Source of the DNA: Octopus vulgaris
Taxonomy: Eukaryota
Length of the DNA: 64,000 nucleotides
Direction: 5' to 3'
NCBI GenBank assembly: GCA_951406725.2
Contig: OX597815.1
Span: 4,154,001 to 4,218,000 of the forward strand
The notes under the pieces were generated by a model. That model saw only the letters and a list, made by a program, of their open reading frames with translations, was not told the origin of the DNA and made no database searches. The position numbers and the translations under genes were made by a program. Positions 25,631 to 38,814 of this stretch are shown here, piece after piece (the first letter of the stretch is position 1; every line of letters starts with the position of its first letter).

Positions 25631-25859
25631 ACATAGAAGAAACATTAAAACTAAAAGAAGCAAAAGAGAAGAAAGGTTTTGGTGGGTCATCATTTTAATG
25701 GGTCAAGTCATTGAATCATTGATGGTAATACACAATATCAGGTAGGCTGTATATGAAGGTGAAGGTGACCACAGTAATATCTGTACAAGCGTCCATATTT
25801 TTTTTCTAATACTTGTAACATCTGCATTTACATATGTATAACAATTATTTGAATAAAAC

Positions 25860-26215
25860 ATCTGCTGAGTGGTTGGTGTTTAGAAGGGCATCCAGCTGTA
25901 AAAACCTTGCCAAAACTGACCTCGCCTGTGCTTGAGCCATGTAAAAAGCAGTAAGTCCACTCTGCTGAGTGGTTGGGGTTAGGAAGGGCATCCAGCTGTA
26001 ATAACCCTGCCAAAACTGACCTTGTCTGTGCTTGAGCCATGTAAAAAGCAGTAAGTCCACTCTGCTGAGTGGTTGGTGTTTGGAAGGGCATCCAGCTGTA
26101 AAAATCCTGCCAAAACAGTCGCAGAAGTCTGGTGCAGGCTTCTGCCTGGCTGGCTCCTGTCAAATTGTCCCACCCATGCCAGCATGGAAGGGGGAAGTTA
26201 AACAATGATGATGAT
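25860..26215 (+). repeat. RTE-3'UTR-related element with a 100-bp unit in ~2.5 tandem copies
   Basis: tctgctgagtggttgg recurs at 25861, 25961 and 26061. Confidence 0.85.
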
Positions 26216-26699
26216 GAGTGATGATGGTTATACATGAGATAGCGAATGTGATCGTTAAAAGCCTTCATTGTATAAAATATTTTAATTGATATGAAAATTG
26301 TTCAGGTTATTGATAACAGAATCAGTAGAAGAAGTGAGAAGAACCTCATCACAAAACTGACCGACAGATTTCTATGTAACATCTAAGGTTGGAAGTTAAA
26401 TACATCCCACCTTTTTATAACATTCAATCAAACTTCCAGAACCTTCAGAAGAACCATTTGATGAGAACATTCATAAAACTTACTTTCAAATTTACTACTT
26501 ATTTGCTTATGATCCCAAAGGCATTAACTTCTTGTTGGTGGCACAGCCTGGGTGGCCTTTACTTTACAGAAGAATCATTGCAAACATCATCTTGATAGAG
26601 AACATCCAGGCTAAACCAGAGCATTGCCCTAATAAATATTCTTGTTCCATCTACAAATTATGTAGGTGTATATGCCTCTATATACTCTTTCTTTCTTTT

Positions 26700-27113
26700 T
26701 TACTCTTTTTACTTGTTTCAGTCATTTGACTGCGGCCATGCTGGAGCACCGCCTTTAGTCGAGCAAGCCGACCCCAGGACTTATTCTTTTGTAAGCCCAG
26801 TACTTATTCTATCGGTCTCTTTTGTCGAACCGCTAAGTAACGGGGACGTAAACACACCAGCATCGGTTGTCAAGCAATGCTAGGAGGACAAACACAGACA
26901 CACAAGCACATACACACATACATACATATATATATATATATATACATATAAACGACGGGCTTCTTTCAGTTTCTGTCTACCAAATCCACTCACAAGGCTT
27001 TGGTCGGCCCGAGGCTATAGTAGAAGACACTTGCCCAAGGTGCCACGCAGTGGGACTGAACCCGGAACCATGTGGTTGGTTAGCAAGCTACTTACCACAC
27101 AGCCACTCCTGCG
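26700..27113 (-). mobile_element. Family-1 SINE, full length
   Basis: Near-consensus reverse complement. Confidence 0.9.
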
Positions 27114-27569
27114 GCTATATATGTGTGTGCATGTATACAAACACACACGTCATCATCATCATTTAACATTTGCTTTCCATGGTGGTATGGGATGGACAGT
27201 TTGACAGGAGCTGGCAAGGCCAGAGAGCCACACTGGGTTCCAGTTGTCTGTTTTGGCAAGGTTTCTACAGCTGGACGCCCTTCCTAATGCCAACCACTCT
27301 ACAGAGTGTAGAGGGTGCTTTTTATGTAGCACCCTCACCAGTGGTTTTTGCGTGGAGCCCTTACCAGTATTTTTTATGTGGCACTAGCATTGACAGGGTT
27401 ATCAAGTACCTTGCAAGTGAAAAGCCCCTCAACACTGGAAGGGTAGTATTGAGTGGTGGGGGGCATGGCTTTGTGCCAGTTGAGAGATTTATACAGCATT
27501 TTAGAAAATGCCTAAAACATTATCTGATATTGAATCCAATGCAGACTCTAGTGTCAAACAAACACTTTT

Positions 27570-27723
27570 CACATTATTTACCTTATTTACATTTGACGGA
27601 TATTTGTCCTCATCTTGTTTGTTGTTAACACAATGTTTTGGCTGATATACCCTCCAGCCTTCATCAGGTCTTGGGGAAATTTTGAACTTGGGTTCTCATT
27701 CCTAAGATATATTTCTATGATGA

Positions 27724-27772
<49 letters not shown>

Positions 27773-28052
27773 GGTGCTGCTGCTGCTGCTGCTGCTGCTG
27801 TTGTTGTTGTTGGTGCTGCTGTTGTTGTTGTTGTTGTCGTCGTTGTTGTTGTTCAGGTTACTACTTGGAATCGAACTCAGAATCTTGGGGTTAGTAGCCC
27901 ATGCTGTTAACCGCAAGACACCTGATGAAGGAGGCTGGAGGGTATATCAACCGAAATGTTGTGTTAGCAACAAACGAGATGAGGACAAATATCCATCAAA
28001 TGTAAATAATATAAATAATGTAAGCAATTCCTCATCTCTTAAATATAGAACT
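27570..28052 (-). mobile_element. tRNA-headed element with hammerhead-containing tail (family A), plus an inverted partial tail copy at its 5' end
   Basis: Minus strand: tRNA-like head at 27913-27853 (ggttaacagc, anticodon arm tggg-ctactaa-ccc, B box gagttcgattcc), microsatellite, then tail with a hammerhead motif at 27627-27672. A plus-strand tail copy at 27914-28052 has its hammerhead at 27917-27965. Confidence 0.75.
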
Positions 28053-28339
28053 GTAAACACTTTCCAGTATCATAAACAGTCACACTTACTTGACGAACGG
28101 ACAGGCATCCATCTGTCCGTCTGTCCGTCCCTCTGTTTCTCCATCCATCCATCCATCCACCTGTTTGCCCAGCTATCCAGCATGTGTATACATACACACA
28201 CACACAATCACAGACATGCAATCACGGACATCCACACACACACACACACACACACAATCACAGACGTCCACACACACACACACGCAATCACGGACGTCCA
28301 CACACACACACACAATCCCGGACGTCCACACACACAATC

Positions 28340-29102
28340 ACAGACGTCCACACACACACACACACACACTCACCGCATCTTCGTTCACAAAAAGAATCCT
28401 GTTTGGTAATTTATAATTAGTAATTTTCTAATCATGGACAACTTGACACTTATAATTATCCTTTACTCAATCAGACAAATTCCTTTCTAATTAATTATTT
28501 GTTTATTGGGTTTTGTCTTTGTTTGTTTTCCTTTCCTAATTGTTTGTTGTTTTTGTCTGTTTCCGTATCATCCTATTTCCTCAGCATCCTCGTCACAGCA
28601 CGGGATGTCTTCTTCTTCTTCTTCTTCTTCTTCGTTAGATTCTTCATTCTTGCTCTTTTGTTCTTGCTGGAATTCCATAGCAATTCTCTTTCCTGCTTAC
28701 CATTGTATACACACACACATACACCACACACACACACACACATGCAATCACGGACGTCCACACACACACACACTCACCGCATCTTCGTTCACAAAAAGAA
28801 TCCTGTTTGGTAATTTATAATTAGTAATTTTCTAATCATGGACAACTTGACACTTATAATTATCCTTTACTCAATCAGACAAATTCCTTTCTAATTAATT
28901 ATTTGTTTATTGGGTTTTGTCTTTGTTTGTTTTCCTTTCCTAATTGTTTGTTGTTTTTGTCTGTTTCCGTATCATCCTATTTCCTCAGCATCCTCGTCAC
29001 AGCACGGGATGTCTTCTTCTTCTTCTTCTTCGTTTGATTCTTCATTCTTGCTCTTTTGTTCTTGATGGAATTCCATAGCAATTCTCTTTCCTGCTTACCA
29101 TT
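28340..29102. repeat. ~400-bp tandem duplication of otherwise unique sequence
   Basis: caccgcatcttcgttcac... starts at 28371 and again at 28775; both copies end ...cctgcttaccatt. Nearly identical. Confidence 0.95.
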
Positions 29103-29779
29103 TTTGACCACAACACCATCACCACCACCACCATTCCCAATGCCACCACCACCACCACCATTGCCACCATCACCACGACCACCATCACCACCACGACCAT
29201 TACCATCCCCATTGTCATCACCACCACCTCCACAACAACAACAACAATTAACAATATCATTGTCACGAACACCATCACCACCACCATCATCGCCCACCCT
29301 GACCACCACAACCACCATCACCACAATGATCACAACCACCACTACCACCATCACCATCATCACCATCACCACCACCACTACCATCACCACCGTCATCGCC
29401 ACTGCCACAATAACAACAACAGTAATTAACAATAACATCATCAACACTAAAACCGCAAGTAGTGTCTTGCAATTGTCCTCAGCCAACTGACGGAATCAAA
29501 AGAAATGTCGGAAGAGATGCCTTGTGGTATTTCTTGCAGCCCTTTGTGGTCCGAGTCCATCCTCCTTCTCGCTCCAGGATCGATAACATAAAGTACCACC
29601 CAAGTACTAAGATCACAGGGGTGGCTGGGTGGTAACAGGTTTACTTCCCAACAACATGGTTCTGGGTTCAACCCCACTGCGTGGCACCTTGGATGTCTTC
29701 TACTACAGCCTCGGGCTGACCTTAGCCTTGTGAGTGGATTTGGTAGATAGAAACTGAAAGAAGCCTATCATATGTATGT

Positions 29780-29826
<47 letters not shown>

Positions 29827-30654
29827 TGTTTGTGTTTGTCTCCCCCACACGCACACACCACCACCACTTAACGAATGATGTTGGTGTGCATACGTTCCCA
29901 TGACTTAGTGGTTCAGCAAAAAGATACTGATTGTATATTTTTTTATTCTTTTACATGTTTCAGTTATTTGACTGCAGCCATGCTGGAGCACCATCTTTAG
30001 TTGAACAAATTGACTCTAGGACTTATTCTTTGCAACACTGGTACTTATTCTATCAGTCTCTTTTTGCTGAACCGCTAAGTGACATTGGATGTCAAGCGAT
30101 GGCAGGGGGGCAAACTCAGACACAAATAACAAATACACACACACACACACACATACATATTTATGACGGGCTTCTTTCAGTTTCCGTCTACCAAATCCAC
30201 TCACAAGGCTTTGGTTGGCCCAAGGCTATAGTTAGTTAGTTAGTTAGTTAGTTAATTTGGCTCAAAAGCAAATAGCAAGGCCATGTAGGGGGACATGGAG
30301 TTAAGTACAGGGTGGTGTTCATGTAAAGAGTTCAGGCCATTTGCCCAAGGTGCCACGCAGTGGGACTGAACCCAGAACCATGTGGCTGGGAAGCAAGCTT
30401 GTTGCCCCACAGCAACTCCTGTGCCTCTTTAAAAAAATTAAGTATTGAGGTCTAGTTGTTTGACTAACATTTTTCAAGGTATTGCTCCAGCATGGTCACT
30501 GAAACAAGTAAAGGATAAAAGATTGGTATAGACTAACACTTTTCACCACCAGACATTGGTGAATTTCTGCCTAAATTAAATACAATTAACAGCTGTTGTC
30601 AACATCATCATCTTCATCATCATCGTCATCATTATCGCTGTCATCGTTATTGTC

Positions 30655-31478
30655 TTAATGATGCGTGTGTGTGAACTGCCATGCTTCACGGCAGCGAAAC
30701 ATGGGCCATGACTGCTAAAGACATGTGTAGGCTCGAAAGAAATGAAGCTGGCATGATCCGCTGGATGTGTAATGTCAGTGTGCACACATGACAGAGTGTA
30801 AGTGCCCTGAAAGAAATGCTGGACATAAGAAGCATCGGATGTGGCGTGCAAGAGAGACATTTGCATTGGTATAGTCATGTACTACAGATGGATGAGGAGA
30901 GCTGTGTGAAGAAGTGCCACTCCCAAACAGTGGAAGGAATCCGGGGTAGAAGGAGACCCAGGAAGACATGAGATGAGGTGGTGAAGCAAGATCTTCAAAC
31001 TTTGGGCCTCATAGAGGCAATGACGAAAGACCAAGAGAAGACCCAGCAAATAAAGTGAGTTCACAACTGTAACCTACACCAGTGTCGCATAACCAGCCCA
31101 CTCAAAAGTACCTTGGATCGTAGGACGACATGCCATGCTTGAGGAGACCTATTGAGTCAAATGCATCAACTTTAAAATGAAATCAAATTACAATCAAATG
31201 GAAATTGTAGCTGTGATCCCTGTGCAGGTGGCATGTAAAAAACACCATCTGAATATGGCCAATGCCAGCCCCTTCTGGCCCCTGTGCCGGTGGCATGTAA
31301 AAAAAGCACCTACTACACTTTCAGAGTGGTTTGCGTTATGAAGGGCATCCAGCCATAGAAACCTTGCCAGATAAGACTGGACCCTGGTGCAGCCTCCTGG
31401 CTTCCCAGACCCCAGTCGAACCATCCAACCCATGCCGGCATGGAAAACAGATGATAAACGATGATGATGATGATGATG
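30655..31478 (+). mobile_element. RTE-clade LINE 3' portion: RT C-terminus, 3' UTR and (ATG)n tail
   Basis: LHGSETWAMT...RLERNEAGMIRWMCNVS...LHWYSHVLQMDEESCVKKC...VEGIRGRRRPRKT*DEVVKQDL, followed by the repeat-bearing UTR. Confidence 0.9.
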
Positions 31479-32009
31479 TGCAGATAAGACAAAGTAATGT
31501 GCCACACCTGAAGGAAGAACTACACACAAAGTTTAATCCTTTGATTTAGGCTTTCAGCCTTCCTGGGTCAATAAAATAACAGTACCAGTCAGTCGTTTGA
31601 CGCCCTGGTTCATACGATTGATTGTTTCCTGGCCCAAAACTGGAAGGGGAGTGTCTCACTAAGTTATTTAGATCTGAAAGTCTTGGACCAAGCCTTGGAA
31701 GATACTCACCATTGTCATCCTCGTCACTTAGCATCTGTTTTCCATGCTGGCATGGGTTGGACAGTTCAACAGAACCTGACCAGCCAGCAGGCGGCGTTAG
31801 TCTCCAATGCCCGCTTTATGTGGCTTCAGGCCTTTCCTAACCTCAAAGCACTTTACAAAGTGTATTGGATGCTTTTTTTTTATGGCACCAGCACTAGTGG
31901 GGTCCCCAAGTAATTCACAAAACAAGATCCTTCGTGAATGGGGGTGTATTATTGAGGGGGTTGACTTTATGCCAGGTGCTGAGAGGTGATAGTATGATAG
32001 ACAGATGGA

Positions 32010-32392
32010 TGGAAGCACTCCGTCGGTTACGACGACGAGGGTTCCGGTTGATCCGAACCAACGGAACAGCCTGCTCGTGAAATTAACGTGTAAGTGGCTG
32101 AGCACTCCACAGACACGTGCACCCGTAACGTAGTTCTCGGGGATATTCAGCGTGACACAGAGAGTGACAAGGCCGCCCCTTTGAAATACAGGTACAACAG
32201 AAACAGGAAGTAAGAGTGAGAAAGTTGTGGTGAAAGAGTACAGCAGGGATCACCACCATCCCCTGCCGGAGCCTCGTGGAGCTTTTAGGTGTTTTCGCTC
32301 AATAAACACTCACAACGCCCAGTCTGGGAATCGAAACTGCGATCCTACGACCGCGAGTCCGCTGCCCTAACCACTGGGCCATTGCGCCTCCA
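32010..32392 (-). mobile_element. SINE family 3, full length
   Basis: Reverse complement of 57918-58300. Confidence 0.9.
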
Positions 32393-32802
32393 CGCCGATA
32401 GACAGATAAGAACAAGTGTCTTGCTGAAGAGAAAATTGATGGCTACCCCAACGGAAAAGGGGGAAAGGATAAGAATCAATTCATTTTAATTTGATTGATA
32501 AAATGTCCAATATACCTTGGTTCTTGGTAAATTTGGTGTGGAATATAACTTGGCATCTTGGTCTACGGAATTGGTAAGTGATGCCATACCCTATTTAATT
32601 ACCTCCATTGATGCTGTGTTTAATTTCTCTGGGGTCACTGAAATATGCTCCAGCAAGGTACTAGGGTTGATTTCCACACAATCTTTACATGAGCCAACAA
32701 GGGTGTCTGCCTGATGAGGCTGGGCCATCCGGAAATAGCAGCCTGGTCTCTGTCTAATTACATTCTAACATTAGTCCCTCATGAAACAAAAGAGAGAGAG
32801 AG

Positions 32803-33170
32803 AGGCACAGGCGTGGCTCTGTGGTAAGAAGCTTGCTTCCTAACTGCATGGTTCCAGGTTCAGTCCCACTGCGTGGCACCTTGGACAAGTGTCTTCCATT
32901 ATAGCCTCAGGCTGACCTAAGCCTTGTGAGTGGATTTGATAGATGGAAACTGAAAGAAGCCTGTCATTTATATATATATATGTGTGTGTGTTTGTCCCCC
33001 CCACCATCACTTGACAGTTGATGTTGGTGTGTTTATGTCCCTGTAACTTAGTGGTTTGGCAAAAGAGACAAATAGAATAAGTACTAGGCTTACAAAGAAT
33101 AAGTCCTGGGGTCGATTTGTTTGGCTAAAGGCAGTACTCCAGCATGGCCGCAGTCAAATGACTGAAACAT
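32803..33170 (+). mobile_element. Family-1 SINE
   Basis: Head to tail match. Another copy lies at 33380-33740. Confidence 0.85.
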
Positions 33171-34374
33171 GAAAGTGGAGGAAAAAGAGGAGGAAGGTCA
33201 TAGCTGGAAAGCCTTTGATCTTATTTCTTCCTGATCAGGGCTGACCTGGGGCTAAACAACAGTTGTTGTTGTTGATGATGCTTAGTAGCAGATTAGCTCT
33301 GATAAGATTTATAATCAATGGTGTTCCATCTGTGGCCCTTACCTGTGAGTTATCCCACTCACAGGTAATGAAAATAAGTGGCATGGCTGTGTGGTAAGAA
33401 GTTTGCTTCCCAACTACATGGTTCTGGGTTCAGTCCCACTGCGTGGCACCTATAGCCTCAGGTCAACCAAAGCCTTGTGAGTGGATTTGGTAGACGGAAA
33501 CTGAAAGAAGCCCATCAAATATATATATATGTGTGTATGTGTTTGTCCCCTATTACTGATTGACACCTGGTGTGTTTATGTCCCTATGACTTAACAGTTT
33601 AGCAAAAGAGACTGATAGAATAAATACCAGGCTTTCAAAAAAATAAGTACAGGAGGCAATTCACGCGACTATAAAATTCTTTACAGTGGTGCCCCAGCAT
33701 GGCCGCAGTCAAATGATTGAAACAAATAAAATAAAAGATACATGGAGGAAGATTGGGTGCTATTTCTAGCATACTGAGCAACGATCTAGAGGCTCCTCGT
33801 GTGCCATAAAACACAACAATAAATAAATGTGTCTCTTGGGATTTGTTCTTGAGTTCAAATCCCAGTTGGGTTAACACTGCATTTTAAGTTCTCGCTGGGT
33901 TGATCAAGAATATAGAGCAACTGTCTCCTACGGTCATTGATTCCTTCCACAGCCTGAGATAACCAATATAATCATGTGATAGGAAGAGAGGGGGGAGGGA
34001 TTAAAGCAGAAGAAGAAGAATTAGGTTTGACTCTTCTACGTTCTGAGTTCAAATCCCAGTGGGGGAAGACCTCGTGTTTCAACCGAGATCGATGAACTAA
34101 GAAGCACCAGTGGGGCCATCCAGCCAAATAACGAGGTCAATTTATTTAGTCATCTCTTACAACTCTGTTTCCTGCCGACTGCTATGTTTACGGTGGAATG
34201 GTAGTAAAATGGAAGGAAACATGTGATGTTTGGCATCGGTAAAAATATTAGACAAAGAAATATTTAGATATCGGAATTGGAAGAAAGAAAAGTCTAAAGT
34301 CTCAAGAAGAACCGTTTCCAAACTGGGTAAACAGGTTTTGTAATGAGTGGCCCCGTGATAAGAAACTATCATCA

Positions 34375-34389
34375 GCATCATCATCATTA

Positions 34390-34421
<32 letters not shown>

Positions 34422-34499
34422 GTTGCTGTTGTTGTTATTCTTCTCCTTTTTCTTCTTCTTCTTCTTCTTCTTCTTCTTCTTCTTCTTCTTCTTCTTCTT

Positions 34500-34564
<65 letters not shown>

Positions 34565-34695
34565 GTTTATTATTGTTGTTGTTATTATTATTATTATTAT
34601 GTTTATTATTATTATTGTTATTGCTTTTGTTATTATTGTTGTTGTTGTTGTTGTTCTTCTTCTTCTTCTTATTATTATTATCATTATTATCATTA
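34375..34695. repeat. Compound trinucleotide microsatellite (TTA/TTG/TTC)n
   Basis: Direct reading. Confidence 0.95.
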
Positions 34696-34924
34696 GGCAG
34701 GGAGCTGGCAGAATCATTCATATTGCCAGGTGAAATGCTTAGCGGTATTTCTCCCATCACTACGTTCTGAGTTCAAATTCTGCTGAGATTGACTTTGCCT
34801 TTCATCCTTTTAGGGTTGGTAAATTAAGTACCAGTTGCATACTGGAGTTCTGGGGCTGATGTAATCGATTAGTCCCCGCCCACAAAAATTTCAGGCCTTG
34901 TGCCTTTAGCAGAAAGGATTATTA

Positions 34925-34971
<47 letters not shown>

Positions 34972-35134
34972 GTTATTATTATTATAAGTTTGACGTTTGC
35001 TTTCTATTTGAACAAGTTGAGTCCAAGTTTCATCCAGAGACCTCAAGAGGCAACAAGTTGGAAGTTCATGTTGGTGTTATGCCTAGGGTGTCATATATTT
35101 GGTTTTGCACAAAGTATTGTTCTAGAGAATCATT

Positions 35135-35833
35135 ATCATCATCATCATCATTTAACGTCCTCTTTCCATGCTGGCATGGGTTGGACAATTTGACTGAGAA
35201 CTGGCGAACCAGATGGCTACACCAGGCTCCAATCTGATCAGGCAGAGTTTCTACAGCTGGATTCCCTTCCTAATGCCAACCACTCCGAGAGTGTAGTGGG
35301 TGCTTTTACAAGCCACCGGCACGAGGGCCAGTCAGGTGGTACTGGCAACGACCACGCTCAAAAGGTGTTTTTTTACCTGCCACCAGCACAGGAGCCAGTC
35401 CAGCGGCACTAGCAACAACCTCGCTCGAATATTTTTCATGTCCCATCAGCACAAGTGCCAGTAAGGCAATGCTGGTAACGATCATACCTGAATAGGGCTT
35501 TTTACGTGCCGCTGGCACGGAAGCCAGTCAGCTGCTCTGGCAACGATTACAATCGGATGGTGCTCTTAGCACTCCACTAGCACGGATACCAGTCATCGAA
35601 TTTGATTTCGATTTCATTTGCCTCAACAGGTCATCGCAAGCAGAATTTAGTGTCCAGTGAAGGAAAGGTACACATAAGTGGGCTGGTTACACCCCTGGCA
35701 TAGTCCACGAGGTTATAGTCTCACTTGAGCTTGCCGGTCTTCTCAAGTACAGCATATTTCCAAAGGTCTTGGTCACTAGTCATTGCCTTGGTGAGGCCTA
35801 ATGTTCGAAGGTCATGCTTCACCACCTCATCCA
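35135..35833 (-). mobile_element. RTE-LINE 3' end including the last coding residues
   Basis: Minus strand DEVVKHDLRTLGLTKAMTSDQDLW, then several UTR repeats and an (ATG)n tail. Confidence 0.85.
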
Positions 35834-35914
35834 ACCGCAAGGGTGTGGCACTTTTTCACACAGCTATCCTCACATAAAAAATTTATAAGTTTATTTTAAA
35901 ATTTTGGATTACAT

Positions 35915-36160
35915 AGACAATATTTTATGTAGGATATGGGCAGTTCCCATAAGCACTATTTAAAAAATTTCCATCGTTTTTGAGCTAGGCAGCAATCAGC
36001 CCCTTTTGCTATCATTCCTAGTGCACCTGTGTCAACAGGTATTGTTTTAGTCTTGAGGTTCCACATTTTGCTAATTTTTATTTCAAGATCTTTATACTTG
36101 CTCAGTTTTTGGTAAGTCGTGACTGAGACATTTATGTTGATTGGGACAGTCATATAAATG
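35915..36160 (-). pseudogene. R4/Dong-like RLE domain fragment
   Basis: KLSKYKDLEIKISKMWNLKTKTIPVDTGALGMI...LMGTAHILHKIL, abutting (TAA)n. Confidence 0.8.
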
Positions 36161-36187
36161 AGGGCGCATGATTTTTATTATTATTAT

Positions 36188-36562
36188 TATTACCCCTACC
36201 TTAGTGAAGGCAGAGATATTGTTTTCAGCCATGTTTGTTTGTTTGTTTGTCCATGGACAAGATATCTCAAGAACCGCTGGATGGATTTGGAGAAAACTTT
36301 CAGGGATGTTTGGCATCGTGACTGGCATGAATTGATTAGATTTTGGGATTGATCCCGTACCAGATAAGGATTCTGGATTATTTTCCCTGTTTTTTTTATA
36401 CTTAATTTTTGAGAGCAGTCAGGTTCATTTTTAGTATTCTCATTTGTGAGAGCAGTCAAGTTAATTTCAGATATTCTCATTTTAAAAATCATCTCCGGCT
36501 AATCACCAGAAGATGTTGGTGTTGCCTTGGCAGAGGTTTGCACTCTCTCAGTGCTCTTGTTA
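36188..36562 (+). mobile_element. Helentron-associated (HINE/DINE-1-like) non-autonomous element
   Basis: 5' ttacccctaccttagtgaaggcagag, internal (GTTT)n, and 3' ccttggcagaggt with terminal hairpin gcactc-tct-cagtgc, in T-rich flanks. Confidence 0.65.
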
Positions 36563-37577
36563 TTATTATTATTATTTTTATTATTATTATTATTATTGAG
36601 GCAGGAAGCTGGCATGATTGTTAGCATGCTGGGAAAAATGCTTAGTGGCATTTCATTCATCTTTACGTTCTGAGTTCAAAATCTGGTGAGGTCAATGAAA
36701 TCAACTTCTCCCCCAAAAGTCTGCTGGCCTTTTGCCAAAATTTGGAACCATCATTATTATTATTAAAAGATAATAATGTCAAATTCTAATAACAATATAA
36801 TTTCTCTTTCTATTCCTATCTCTTTCTCTCTCTCTCTCTTCCTCTCTTTCTCTCTCCATCTCCCTCTCTCTCTCTCTTTCTTTCTCTCCAAGGAAGCACA
36901 TGAATATTCATGTTGCCCCACACCAATTCCTTTACCTTTGTTTAAGATTCACCTCTTAAACATTACAGATCAAACCATGATGGCTACTTTAAAATTCGTA
37001 AATTTTTTTACCTTTGTGGTTTGCGACAGTAGCAGAGTCAGTGGCGGCAACTCTGATATTGAAGAATGTAACATTGATACAAGTATTAACAATCACTAAC
37101 CAAAGCCAGGTCAGCGCTCGGGAGACTTGCAACCAAAATATATGGAAGCACAGAGGATCTTGACTGAGACACAAGGCTAAATATTTTTGCTGTTCCTTCA
37201 ATATTGCCTGCATTACAAATTGTGGATGATGTGCCACTTGACTGGCTCCCGTTCCAGTGGCACATAAAAAGTACCATTCAAGCACGGTCAATGCCAGTGC
37301 CACCTGACTGGCCCCTGTGCCAGTGGCACATAAAAAGCACCCACTACTCTTGAGTGGTTGGTGTTAAGAAGGGCATCCAGCTGTAGAAACTTTGCCAGAT
37401 CGGATTGCAGCCTGGGTGCAGCCTCCTGGTTTGCCAGCCCTCAGTCAAACCGTCCAACCCATGCCAGCATGCAAAGCAGACTTTAAACAATGATGATGAT
37501 GATGATGATGATGCACAATCACGACTGAAACCAATATGTCTTTCCTTAGAACAATTCCAAAAATTAAATGCCAATTA

Positions 37578-37966
37578 ATGTGGTAAGTAGCTTGCCTACC
37601 AACCACATGGTTCCGGGTTCAGTCCCATGCATGGCATCTTGAGCAAGTGTCTTCTGCTATAGCCCCGGGCCGACCAATGCCTTTTGAGTGGATTTGGTAG
37701 ACGGAAACTGAAAGAAGCCTGTCGTATATATGTATATGTATGTGTGTGTATATGTTTGTGTGTCTGTGTTTGTCTCTCTAGCATTGCTTGACAACCGATG
37801 CTGGTCTGTTTACGTTACCGTCACTTAGGGGTACGGCAAAAGAGACCAGTAGAATAAGTACTTCGCTTACAAAGAATAAGTCCCGGGGTCGAGTTAGTCG
37901 ACTAAAGGTGGTGCTCCAGCATGGCCGCAGTCAAATGACTGAAACAAGTAAAAGAGTAAAAGAGTA
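37578..37966 (+). mobile_element. Family-1 SINE
   Basis: Family match. Preceded by an RTE 3' end (37230-37512) and followed by another SINE (37970-38330). Confidence 0.85.
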
Positions 37967-38779
37967 TAGGAACAGGTGCGGATGAGTGCTTCCTGCCCAC
38001 ATGGTTCTGGGTTCAGTTCCAATGCATGGCATCTTGGGCAAGTGTCTTTTACTATAGCCTTGGGCTGACCAAAGCCTTGTGAGTGGATTTGGTAGACGGA
38101 AACTGAGAGAAGCCCATCGTGTATGTGTGTGTGTGTGTCTTTGTGTCTGTGTTTGTTCCCAACCACCACTGGTGTTGGTGTGTTTATGTCCATGTAACTT
38201 GACGGTTTGGCAATAGTGACTGATAAAATAAGAAACAAGTTTTAAAAAAATGTATTGGGGTCGATTCACTCAAAATTCTTCAAGGCAGTGCCCCAGCATG
38301 GCTGCAGCTTAATGTCTTGAACAAGTATCAGAAATATAGGAAATATGAAATCACCACCACCACCACCACCACTACAACCACCAGCTACAAGCTGCCAGAC
38401 TGGAGCCAGCGCTTCCTTCATGCTTCGCTGCACAAGTTGCACATGTCAGCTGATGGCATCAGTGTTGACATTAGAGATCTCATCAAATTGTCTTTTAATA
38501 AAACAAACATTTGACAGGAACTTCTTTGATGGTCTCAGCTGACCAAATTATGGAACGAATCTCTGAGAAATCTTCCGTATTCTAATGGATTGCTAAATGG
38601 AAATGCATCACAGGGGCAGAAAGGACTCCCAGCCATGTTGGTCTTGGGTCCAGTCTTACTGCATGGTGCCTTGGGCAAGTGCCAGCTACTGTAACCATGT
38701 GAGTGGATTTAGTAGATGGAAACTGAAAGAAGCCCATTTTTCCCCTGTCTTCCCTTCTCGGGATCTTTCCTTCTCCTAT

Positions 38780-38814
38780 GTTTCCGACGAAGAGCTCCGC
38801 TCGAAACGTTAAAC
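38780..38814 (+). ncRNA. Minimal hammerhead motif, family B (in repeat 38735-38912)
   Basis: gttt-CCGACGA-a-gagc-tcc-gctc-GAAA-cgtt-aaac. The paralog at 7633-7668 has CTGATGA, so the consensus core is canonical. Confidence 0.65.

Noticed and set aside
32707-32741. ctgc-CTGATGA-...-GAAA-ta-gcag hammerhead-like string
   Set aside because: Stem II is poorly paired, there is no stem III or palindromic linker, and it occurs once; it may be chance.
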